The translations under genes were made by a program, and so were the position numbers. A DNA stretch of 20,000 nucleotides from sequence record SRR20825019_2337; one strand, 5' to 3'. Below the pieces are notes generated by a model. It made no database searches. It saw only the letters and a list, made by a program, of their open reading frames with translations, and was not told the origin of the DNA. Positions 1 through 7,060 of this stretch are shown here, in pieces; the first letter of the stretch is position 1, and each line of letters starts with the position of its first letter.

Positions 1-15
1 TATTAATTTCGCGAC

Positions 16-918
16 ATGCCTTCCTCCCCGGATACAGCTCAACGCAGCCGAGCGATTGTTTCACGTTTGAAACAGTCTCAGGTCTATCGCGACTACGAGA
101 AGGCATTTGGGAACACGATCGGGCTACCGTTGAATCTCCGTCCTTTGGCAGCGTTTGATCTGCCTCATCACGGCTCGACGCAGGAAAATCCATTTTGCGC
201 GCTGATGGCCAAGACCAATCAGACTTGTTCGGCCTGCCTCCAACTCCAGAGCAAAATCGAGCAGGAAGCCCAAATGGAGCCCAAGACCCTCAAATGTTTT
301 GCCGGACTCTGCGATTCATCAGTTCCGATAAGAGTCGGAGATGGCCTCGTCGCGTTTCTGCAAACCGGCCAAATTCTGCTCCACAAACCCACGAAGCGGG
401 AATTCACCCGCACCACCCGTCAGATCCTGAAATGGGGCACTGAAGTGGATTTAAAGCGTTTGGAGGAAGCCTATTTTCAAACCCGGGTCCTTTCCAAAGA
501 GCAGTATGATTCGATTCTCAAGCTCCTGACTATTTTCGCCCAGCATCTTTCCACCCTCAGCACCCAGCTCATTGTCAAGGAACAGGAGGCTGAGTCACCT
601 ACGGTCAGCCGCGCACGACTTTACATCGACGAACATCAGGATGAGGAAATTTCCCTCAATGAGGTAGCCAAAGCCGTCAACATGAGCGCCTTTTATTTCT
701 GTAAGACCTTTAAGAAATCCACGGGGATGACTTTCACCGATTACCTCTCCCGCGTGCGGATCGAAAAGGTGAAAAATCTTCTGCTCAACCCGCACAAAAG
801 GATCAGCGAGGCAGCCTTTGCTTCAGGCTTTCAGTCGCTCTCACAGTTTAATCGCGTCTTTCGAAAAGTGACCGGTGAATCACCGACGAGCTACCGGGAA
901 CGAGTGCTCAAAGTCTGA
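16..918 (+). CDS. AraC/XylS-family transcriptional regulator with N-terminal PocR-like sensory domain
   Basis: 300-aa ORF. C-terminal AraC double HTH (ISLNEVAKAVNMSAFYFCKTFKK...ISEAAFASGFQSLSQFNRVFRKVTGESPTSYR). N-terminus has a PocR-like Cys pattern (NPFC...C..C...KCFAGLCDSSVPIRVG...GQ). Confidence 0.9.
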   Translation: MPSSPDTAQRSRAIVSRLKQSQVYRDYEKAFGNTIGLPLNLRPLAAFDLPHHGSTQENPFCALMAKTNQTCSACLQLQSKIEQEAQMEPKTLKCFAGLCDSSVPIRVGDGLVAFLQTGQILLHKPTKREFTRTTRQILKWGTEVDLKRLEEAYFQTRVLSKEQYDSILKLLTIFAQHLSTLSTQLIVKEQEAESPTVSRARLYIDEHQDEEISLNEVAKAVNMSAFYFCKTFKKSTGMTFTDYLSRVRIEKVKNLLLNPHKRISEAAFASGFQSLSQFNRVFRKVTGESPTSYRERVLKV

Positions 919-1355
919 TCCTCAGCGGCTTCAAACGGCGCGAGCTGCCGTCTCTGACAAACCGAGCAGAGCATCGCGATCTCTTCCGCTTTCAGCCTCC
1001 GAAAAATCTGATGCAACTCGCCCATCGCATGGCGCTGATCGGCCATCGTCATATGCGGCACGGTGTGGATCGCCCGAAGCATCGCCTCTTCCATGGCCGT
1101 TTCCCCTGCCGCGAAGTAAGAAAATAAAGGATTAAGCCCGCAGGCGCATTTCGGCTCGGGAGCGCCTTCCAATCCTTCACCGTGGGAATGCGCCATCCGT
1201 TCAAGTATTTCCGTGCAGGTCTCGGGAATCTTGAAGGCCAGTATTTCCGGATTAGCCAATGGCGAGCTTGGCGACTCCGCACGCAAAAGGAATTCCCATC
1301 GAGCACACAAACTGGCCCGTTGAGATCGCATCGCGCTGATGAGCTTCTCCAACAT
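891..1355 (-). CDS. Hypothetical helical protein with CxCGxNP and C-terminal CxxC motifs (possible metal/Fe-S binding)
   Basis: 154-aa ORF filling the gap between the regulator and the cco promoter. Amphipathic helical sequence with CACGLNP and LCSVCQ motifs. A TATGTT -10 lies 6 nt before the ATG. The 3' end overlaps the araC-like gene by 28 nt. Confidence 0.75.
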   Translation of the reverse strand: MLEKLISAMRSQRASLCARWEFLLRAESPSSPLANPEILAFKIPETCTEILERMAHSHGEGLEGAPEPKCACGLNPLFSYFAAGETAMEEAMLRAIHTVPHMTMADQRHAMGELHQIFRRLKAEEIAMLCSVCQRRQLAPFEAAEDQTLSTRSR

Positions 1356-1361
1356 GCGCAG

Positions 1362-1367
1362 AACATA
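1362..1367 (-). promoter_or_regulatory. Putative -10 element (TATGTT) of a leaderless transcript
   Basis: TANNNT hexamer 6 nt upstream of the ATG at 1355; no Shine-Dalgarno sequence between it and the ATG. Confidence 0.5.
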
Positions 1368-1389
1368 ACCCCAACCGTATCTCCGCGAC

Positions 1390-1424
1390 TTCGCATGCGT
1401 TGCTCAAGCATGTGCATCTTTTGG
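1390..1424 (-). promoter_or_regulatory. Tandem 14-bp boxes (21-bp period), putative AraC-family activator sites for the leftward gene
   Basis: Minus strand CCAAAAGATGCACA (1424-1411) and GCAACGCATGCGAA (1403-1390). Confidence 0.65.
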
Positions 1425-1442
1425 CACTAATTTCCGCCAATC

Positions 1443-1477
1443 GCAAAATATGCACAGCGCCCGGCAACCCCTGCGGA
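1443..1477 (+). promoter_or_regulatory. Tandem 14-bp boxes (21-bp period), putative AraC-family activator sites for the cco operon
   Basis: GCAAAATATGCACA (1443-1456) and GCAACCCCTGCGGA (1464-1477); mirror image of the leftward pair. Confidence 0.65.
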
Positions 1478-1498
1478 GCAGCACCAGCCTCGATTCAC

Positions 1499-1504
1499 TA
1501 TCCT
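1499..1504 (+). promoter_or_regulatory. Putative -10 element (TATCCT) of a leaderless cco transcript
   Basis: TANNNT hexamer 7 nt upstream of the ATG at 1512; no Shine-Dalgarno sequence. Confidence 0.5.
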
Positions 1505-1511
1505 CCGCGGC

Positions 1512-1760
1512 ATGTCTGTCATTCCGCTCACCCTGACGATCAGCCTCTGTCTGGTTTTCACCTTCTTGGTCTTCTTCCTGCTGGAAACGTCACGCCGACG
1601 TTTCAGCAGCGCTGAGCGTGAGTCGCTGCTCCCTCTGGCCGAAGAAACGCCCCATGTCGTCCACCGGGACAGCCATTCACACGACAACTGTGGCTGCCGA
1701 ACCGGCAAGCGAGCCCCCTGCAAAGACTGCCTCAAGGGCCATCATCATTCTCATCATTGA
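1512..1760 (+). CDS. ccoS: CcoS/FixS-like cbb3 oxidase maturation protein with Cys/His-rich C-terminal extension
   Basis: 82 aa. The N-terminal single TM helix MSVIPLTLTISLCLVFTFLVFF resembles CcoS starts, and the gene lies directly before ccoN. The tail is HSHDNCGCRTGKRAPCKDCLKGHHHSHH. It lacks the usual GQ(F/Y)DD motif. Confidence 0.65.
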   Translation: MSVIPLTLTISLCLVFTFLVFFLLETSRRRFSSAERESLLPLAEETPHVVHRDSHSHDNCGCRTGKRAPCKDCLKGHHHSHH

Positions 1761-1782
1761 TTAGCGATTCTGACCTCCATCC

Positions 1783-4086
1783 ATGAGTGAACAAAAAATA
1801 ACCCTCGAGTATAACGACCGGATTGTCCGGCACTTCGTGCTCGCCACCGTCATTTGGGGCGCCGTCGGCATGCTGGTCGGCCTGCTAATCGCCTCACAGT
1901 TGAATTTCTGGAGGCTCAACTTCGATCTCCCTTGGCTCACTTTCGGGCGCCTGCGTCCGCTGCATACCAATGCCGTCATCTTTGCCTTCGTCGGCAATAT
2001 GATGTTTGCCGGCATCTATTACTCGACCCAGCGCCTCGTCAAAGCGCGCCTCGCGAGTGACTTCCTCTCCAACCTGCACTTTTGGGGTTGGCAGCTCATC
2101 ATTGTCGCCGCCGCGATTACCCTGCCACTGGGATTCTCCCGCAGTAAGGAATACGCTGAGCTCATCTGGCCCATCAACATCGCGGTCGCCTTCATCTGGG
2201 TCGTCTTTGCGGTCAACTTTTTCTGGACCCTCGCCAAGCGCCGCGAAAAAGCGCTCTACGTCGCGATCTGGTTCTACATCGCGACGATCGTCACTGTGGC
2301 GATGCTCTACATCGTCAATCACCTCTCGATCCCGACGAGTATTTTGCACAGTTATCCGATCTTCGGCGGCGTGCAGGATGCGCTCGTGCAGTGGTGGTAT
2401 GGACACAACGCCGTCGCGTTCTTCCTGACCACGCCGATCCTCGGTATCATGTATTACTTTCTGCCGAAGGCGGCGGAAAGACCCGTCTACTCGTATCGGC
2501 TGTCGATCGTCCATTTTTGGTCACTGGTATTTATCTACATTTGGGCCGGACCTCACCATCTTTTGAACACCGCCCTGCCGGATTGGTTGCAAACTCTCGG
2601 GATGACTTTCTCGCTCATGCTCTGGGCACCTTCCTGGGGCGGCATGGTCAACGGGCTGCTCACGCTGCGGGGCGCGTGGGATAAACTTCGCACGGAACCG
2701 GTTATCAAATTCTTTGTGGCCGCGATCACCTTCTACGGTATGGCCACCTTTGAAGGCCCCTTGCTCTCGATCAAATCCGTCAGCGCGCTCGGCCATTACA
2801 CCGATTGGATTATCGGCCACGTCCACGCCGGGGCTCTCGGATGGAACGGCTTTATGGCCGCCGGGATGATCTACTGGTTACTGCCTCGCTTGTGGAACAA
2901 ACCGCTCTACTCGACCTCACTCGCCAATATCCATTTTTGGACCGGCCTCGTCGGCATCCTCCTCTACGTCGCCGCCATGTGGACCAGTGGGATCACGCAG
3001 GGCCTGATGCTCAACGCGACCACCGAAGGCGGCACCGTCCTCGCCTACCCCAACTTCATCGACACGCTCAACGCAATCCGTCCAATGATGCTCATGCGTG
3101 TGATCGGCGGCGGCCTCTATCTCACCGGATGGCTCGTGCTCTGCTACAACATGTATCGCACGATTCGCGGGGCGGAGCCGGTTAACGGCACGATCGAAGT
3201 CTATGAAGAAAAGCCGGAACCCTCGGACCATCTCAGCGTGGGCCGCACGTTTTTCAACGCGCCCGTGCTCCTCACGGTTTTCCTCGTAGGCTTCTCCACC
3301 CTCTGGATGCTGGGCAGTGATTTGGTGAGCATGGCCGGTCTCGCCGGGGCTCTGGTCACCGTTGTCGCCGCCTACGCGTTTCTCTATTCGCGCGGTAAAC
3401 AATGGCAGGATTGGTATGAAAAGCTCCTCCTCAATGCCCTGCCATTCACGTTGCTCACCTTTGTCGCTGTCGCCGCTGGTGGTCTGATTCAAATCATTCC
3501 TACCGTCCTCGTGCATAAAGCGGCCAATGTCGAAGATCGACTCCAAGTGCCTTACACCCCACTCGAGCTCGCCGGACGCGATATCTATGTGAGTGAAGGT
3601 TGCTACAACTGCCATTCACAGATGATCCGCACGATGGTTCCCGACGTCTTGCGCTACGGCGACTATTCACGTCTTGGCGAATCGATCTACGATTATCCCT
3701 TCCAGTGGGGTTCCAAGCGCACTGGGCCTGACCTCGCCCGCGTCGGCGGTAAGTATCCCGATGTTTGGCATCTACGCCACATGGAAGATCCTCGGAGTAT
3801 CTCTGCCGGTTCGAACATGCCCAATTACCCTTGGTTGTTCACCAAGAACACCGATGTCGCCGCGCTGCCTTCCAAGATCAATGCCCAGCGGGTGCTCGGG
3901 GTGCCTTACGGTCCGATGTCCGCCCAGCAAATCTTTGATAGCGTCGAACAACAGTCCAAAGCCATTGCGAAAAACCTCCGTGATTCCGGTGCCTACGTCG
4001 CCCCGGAAAAGGAGATCGTCGCTCTGATCGCCTACCTCCAAAAGCTCGGCCAATCCGAAACTCCACCCGCCACTTCAACCCGTTAA
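1783..4086 (+). CDS. ccoN: cbb3-type cytochrome c oxidase fused subunits I and II (CcoNO)
   Basis: 767 aa. CcoN motifs GRLRPLHTNAVIFAF, QWWYGHNAVAFFLT, YIWAGPHH and IGHVHAG. CcoO motifs GRDIYVSEGCYNCHSQMIR, WGSKRTGPDLARVG and GSNMP. Confidence 0.97.
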   Translation: MSEQKITLEYNDRIVRHFVLATVIWGAVGMLVGLLIASQLNFWRLNFDLPWLTFGRLRPLHTNAVIFAFVGNMMFAGIYYSTQRLVKARLASDFLSNLHFWGWQLIIVAAAITLPLGFSRSKEYAELIWPINIAVAFIWVVFAVNFFWTLAKRREKALYVAIWFYIATIVTVAMLYIVNHLSIPTSILHSYPIFGGVQDALVQWWYGHNAVAFFLTTPILGIMYYFLPKAAERPVYSYRLSIVHFWSLVFIYIWAGPHHLLNTALPDWLQTLGMTFSLMLWAPSWGGMVNGLLTLRGAWDKLRTEPVIKFFVAAITFYGMATFEGPLLSIKSVSALGHYTDWIIGHVHAGALGWNGFMAAGMIYWLLPRLWNKPLYSTSLANIHFWTGLVGILLYVAAMWTSGITQGLMLNATTEGGTVLAYPNFIDTLNAIRPMMLMRVIGGGLYLTGWLVLCYNMYRTIRGAEPVNGTIEVYEEKPEPSDHLSVGRTFFNAPVLLTVFLVGFSTLWMLGSDLVSMAGLAGALVTVVAAYAFLYSRGKQWQDWYEKLLLNALPFTLLTFVAVAAGGLIQIIPTVLVHKAANVEDRLQVPYTPLELAGRDIYVSEGCYNCHSQMIRTMVPDVLRYGDYSRLGESIYDYPFQWGSKRTGPDLARVGGKYPDVWHLRHMEDPRSISAGSNMPNYPWLFTKNTDVAALPSKINAQRVLGVPYGPMSAQQIFDSVEQQSKAIAKNLRDSGAYVAPEKEIVALIAYLQKLGQSETPPATSTR

Positions 4087-4092
4087 TCCCTC

Positions 4093-4275
4093 ATGTTTAA
4101 ACGCCTCCTCTTTGAAGATTACGCGGTGGTTTGCACGCTGATCGCCTTCCTCGTCGCTGCCACGATTTTCCTCGCGACAGTCTGGCGCGCGATCCGCATG
4201 CCGAAAAACCAAGTGAAACATTTCGCCAACCTTCCCTTCGATTCCGACGCCTCCCGCCATGACGAACGAGCCTGA
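4093..4275 (+). CDS. ccoQ: cbb3-type oxidase small subunit CcoQ-like
   Basis: 60 aa, one TM helix followed by ...FANLPFDSD; lies between ccoO and ccoP. Confidence 0.75.
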   Translation: MFKRLLFEDYAVVCTLIAFLVAATIFLATVWRAIRMPKNQVKHFANLPFDSDASRHDERA

Positions 4276-4798
4276 AAATAATAACTCCGACGACGAAATC
4301 CGCGAGCACACCTTCGACGGCATCCAAGAATTTGATAAGCAGATGCCCAACTGGTGGCTGCTCACCTTCTACGGTGCGATCGCTTTCTGGATCGGCTATT
4401 GGTTCTATACCCAGGACAGCGGCCTCGCGACTTCCGATACGGCCGCGCTCGAACAGGAACTCGGTCGGATCGAAGCCGTCAAGCTGGCGGCATCGGCGAC
4501 TCAACTCGACGACGGAAAACTTTGGGAAATGAGTCGTAACGCCGTCTTTGTCGATGCGGGCAAGGCCACCTATGAGAGCACCTGCGCGAGTTGCCATCAG
4601 GCTGATCTCAGTGGAGGTATTGGTCCCAACCTAATCGACAACGAATGGATCCACGGAGAGAAGCCAACGGAAGTTTTCAAAGTCGTGGATGAGGGCGTGC
4701 TCGTCAAAGGCATGCCTGCCTGGGGTCCGGTCATTGGTGCCAAAAAGACTTCAGAGGTTGTCGCCTACATCATGAGCAAACATACTGCTCCTCAGTAA
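4259..4798 (+). CDS. ccoP: cbb3-type oxidase subunit III, single haem c
   Basis: 179 aa. FixP N-terminal motif EHTFDGIQEFDKQMPNWW, a TM helix, one CASCH, GPNLID.EWIHG and KGMPAWG. Confidence 0.93.
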   Translation: MTNEPENNNSDDEIREHTFDGIQEFDKQMPNWWLLTFYGAIAFWIGYWFYTQDSGLATSDTAALEQELGRIEAVKLAASATQLDDGKLWEMSRNAVFVDAGKATYESTCASCHQADLSGGIGPNLIDNEWIHGEKPTEVFKVVDEGVLVKGMPAWGPVIGAKKTSEVVAYIMSKHTAPQ

Positions 4799-4807
4799 CC
4801 TATCGCT

Positions 4808-6223
4808 ATGCCCGTTCCTCGCCCATCCCTCGATTCCGTCACTACCATACGGGATGATGGGTCGCGTCCGTTTATTTTTCCGGCAGATGTCGCAGGACGA
4901 TTCGCCCTTGCCCGTAAGGTATCCGCGTTTCTCCTGATCATCTTTTATCTGTCGCTACCTTGGATTCGGATCGGTGGTTTCCCCGCCGTTTTTCTCGATG
5001 TAGCGGAGCGTCGATTCCATCTCTTCGGATGGACTTTCGTCGCGCAGGATATGTGGCTAACGTTTTTTCTGATCTCCGGATTGGGCTTTTCCCTTTTCTT
5101 CATAACCGCCCTGCTCGGACGCATCTGGTGCGGCTGGGCCTGCCCCCAAACCGTGTTTCTCGATCACGTTTATCGCCGCATCGAGCGTTGGGTCGAAGGT
5201 AACTCGGTGAAACGCCGCACCCTTGATGAGGCGCCGATGAGTGGTGAGAAAATCTTCAAGCGCACACTCAAGCATACGCTCTACATCGTCGTATCACTCA
5301 CGATCACGCATTTGTTTTTGGCCTACTTCGTCTCGATCGAAGAACTCTGGGCCATGATGCATGAACAGCCGCTCGAACACTGGAGTGCATTTGGTTTCGT
5401 CTTCATCTTCGCAGGAGCGCTCTATTTTAATTTCGCCTGGTTTCGCGAACAGCTCTGCATCGTCATCTGCCCCTATGGCCGTCTGCAATCTGCCATGATC
5501 GACGACGATTCGCTCGTCATCGGCTATGATGAAATCCGCGGCGAACCACGTGGGAAGCTCGGCACCCCGGATGCCGGAGATTGCGTGGCGTGTAACCGCT
5601 GCGTGCAGGTCTGCCCTACCGGAATCGATATTCGACAAGGCCTCCAGATGGAATGCATCGGCTGCACCGCCTGCATCGATGCTTGCGACGATGTGATGAC
5701 GAAAATCCACAAGCCCAAGGGACTGATTCGCTACGATTCACAGAATCGATTCGCCGGTCGCGTCACCCGTTGGATACGCGCGCGCACCATCCTATATGGC
5801 ATCCTCCTTCTGATTGGCATCTCGGTTTCGTCGTGGGCCCTCTCTACGCTGAAACCTGCGAACGTGGGTATCACCCGCATCACCGGCGCGCCTTATATCG
5901 TGGATACCGATACCGTCCGCAATCAATTCTTCGTGCGGGTGATCAACAAGCGTTCGGTGCCCAATGATTTTATCGTCAAAGTCATCGCACCTGTTCCCGT
6001 CGAACAAAGTGGGATGGTCGAGGCTCTCACGATCAATCCGCTCGTCGAAGAAGTGCGCCCATTGGTTCTGCGCGTGCCACGCGAAACCTACGAGGGTCCC
6101 TTTACGTTCACCCTACTCGTCACAGATCGCGACAACTCGTTTGAAGTCACCCGTGAAGTCGAGTTCCTCGGTCCCGATGCCTACCTCTTAAAAGAAGATA
6201 ACGAAAGCCAATCGCATGAGTAA
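4808..6223 (+). CDS. ccoG: Cytochrome c oxidase accessory protein CcoG/FixG (membrane 4Fe-4S protein)
   Basis: 471 aa. GRIWCGWACPQT, REQLCIVICPYGRLQ, CVACNRCVQVCPTGIDIR and ECIGCTACIDACD motifs; C-terminal Ig-like region. Confidence 0.95.
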   Translation: MPVPRPSLDSVTTIRDDGSRPFIFPADVAGRFALARKVSAFLLIIFYLSLPWIRIGGFPAVFLDVAERRFHLFGWTFVAQDMWLTFFLISGLGFSLFFITALLGRIWCGWACPQTVFLDHVYRRIERWVEGNSVKRRTLDEAPMSGEKIFKRTLKHTLYIVVSLTITHLFLAYFVSIEELWAMMHEQPLEHWSAFGFVFIFAGALYFNFAWFREQLCIVICPYGRLQSAMIDDDSLVIGYDEIRGEPRGKLGTPDAGDCVACNRCVQVCPTGIDIRQGLQMECIGCTACIDACDDVMTKIHKPKGLIRYDSQNRFAGRVTRWIRARTILYGILLLIGISVSSWALSTLKPANVGITRITGAPYIVDTDTVRNQFFVRVINKRSVPNDFIVKVIAPVPVEQSGMVEALTINPLVEEVRPLVLRVPRETYEGPFTFTLLVTDRDNSFEVTREVEFLGPDAYLLKEDNESQSHE

Positions 6224-6362
6224 ATCGCGACGCAGTAAACTCTGGCTCTGGATCGTCGTCGCATTCGTCGTGCAAATCGGCGCTTGGGTCCTCTGGTTCA
6301 CCATCGCCGGGAATAATCCCGTAGAGGAAGTTCCTCTCGAAACTTCGACTCCCGCTCGCTAA
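6216..6362 (+). CDS. Small single-TM protein in the ccoH/fixH position (minimal CcoH-like)
   Basis: Not in the ORF track. Translated by hand as MSKSRRSKLWLWIVVAFVVQIGAWVLWFTIAGNNPVEEVPLETSTPAR (48 aa). It overlaps the ccoG end by 8 nt and stops 2 nt before the next ATG, filling the gap exactly. Confidence 0.75.
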   Translation: MSKSRRSKLWLWIVVAFVVQIGAWVLWFTIAGNNPVEEVPLETSTPAR

Positions 6363-6364
6363 AG

Positions 6365-7060
6365 ATGGAACTCGCCGCGATCAACACCCCCGCCGCTGCG
6401 TTTGTCGCCGGACTCATCACCAGTCTGCATTGCGCGGGTATGTGCGGCCCACTGGCCTGCACCCTGATGCCGGTGAAAGGAGATCGCGCCGACGCCCAAC
6501 TCGTCAGCAGCACCTACCATCTTACGCGACTCGCCGGTTATACGCTGCTCGGAATTCTGGCCGGCGCCCTCGGCGGCACTCCCGTTCGGTGGCTGCATCA
6601 CGATGTGCTTCGCTGGCTCCCATGGATTCTGGTGCTTTTCTTTCTCGCCATGGCCTTTCGATTGGATCGCCACGTGCCCAAGCCACTCTTCCTGGCAAGG
6701 TTCACCATGAAAATCAGTGCGTGGGCTCGCCACCGCTCGCGGCTGCAGGCCGCCGCCGCCATGGGGTTCGCCACCCCGCTTCTTCCCTGCGGTCCTTTGT
6801 ATTTCATCGTTGGTCTCGCACTGCTATCCGGCTCCGCACTACGCGGAGCTGAGTTTATGCTGGCATTCGGTCTGGGGACGGTGCCACTGCTCTGGCTCGC
6901 CCAATCTCAATTTCACTGGGTGCGGCAAAAGCTCTCACCACTCTGGCTCAATCGGATGCGACTCACCCTCGCCCTGGTGACCGCGCTCATCATCAGTTGG
7001 CGTTTACGCGGCACTTTGGGATTCCCCGGCCCCGACGTGAACAACCTCATCTGCTTCTGA
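6365..7060 (+). CDS. DsbD_2 / sulfite-exporter TauE/SafE-like membrane protein associated with cbb3 biogenesis
   Basis: 231 aa, multi-TM, with SLHCAGMCGPL, YHLTRLAGY, LLPCGPLY and MLAFGLGTVP motifs typical of the family found in cco clusters. Confidence 0.88.
   Translation: MELAAINTPAAAFVAGLITSLHCAGMCGPLACTLMPVKGDRADAQLVSSTYHLTRLAGYTLLGILAGALGGTPVRWLHHDVLRWLPWILVLFFLAMAFRLDRHVPKPLFLARFTMKISAWARHRSRLQAAAAMGFATPLLPCGPLYFIVGLALLSGSALRGAEFMLAFGLGTVPLLWLAQSQFHWVRQKLSPLWLNRMRLTLALVTALIISWRLRGTLGFPGPDVNNLICF

Noticed and set aside
1400-1500. FNR/Anr box upstream of the cco operon
   Set aside because: No TTGAT-N4-ATCAA-like palindrome found.
6997-7059. Upstream start for ccoI
   Set aside because: Lies inside the preceding gene; the TGATG stop/start overlap at 7058-7062 gives a coupled start.
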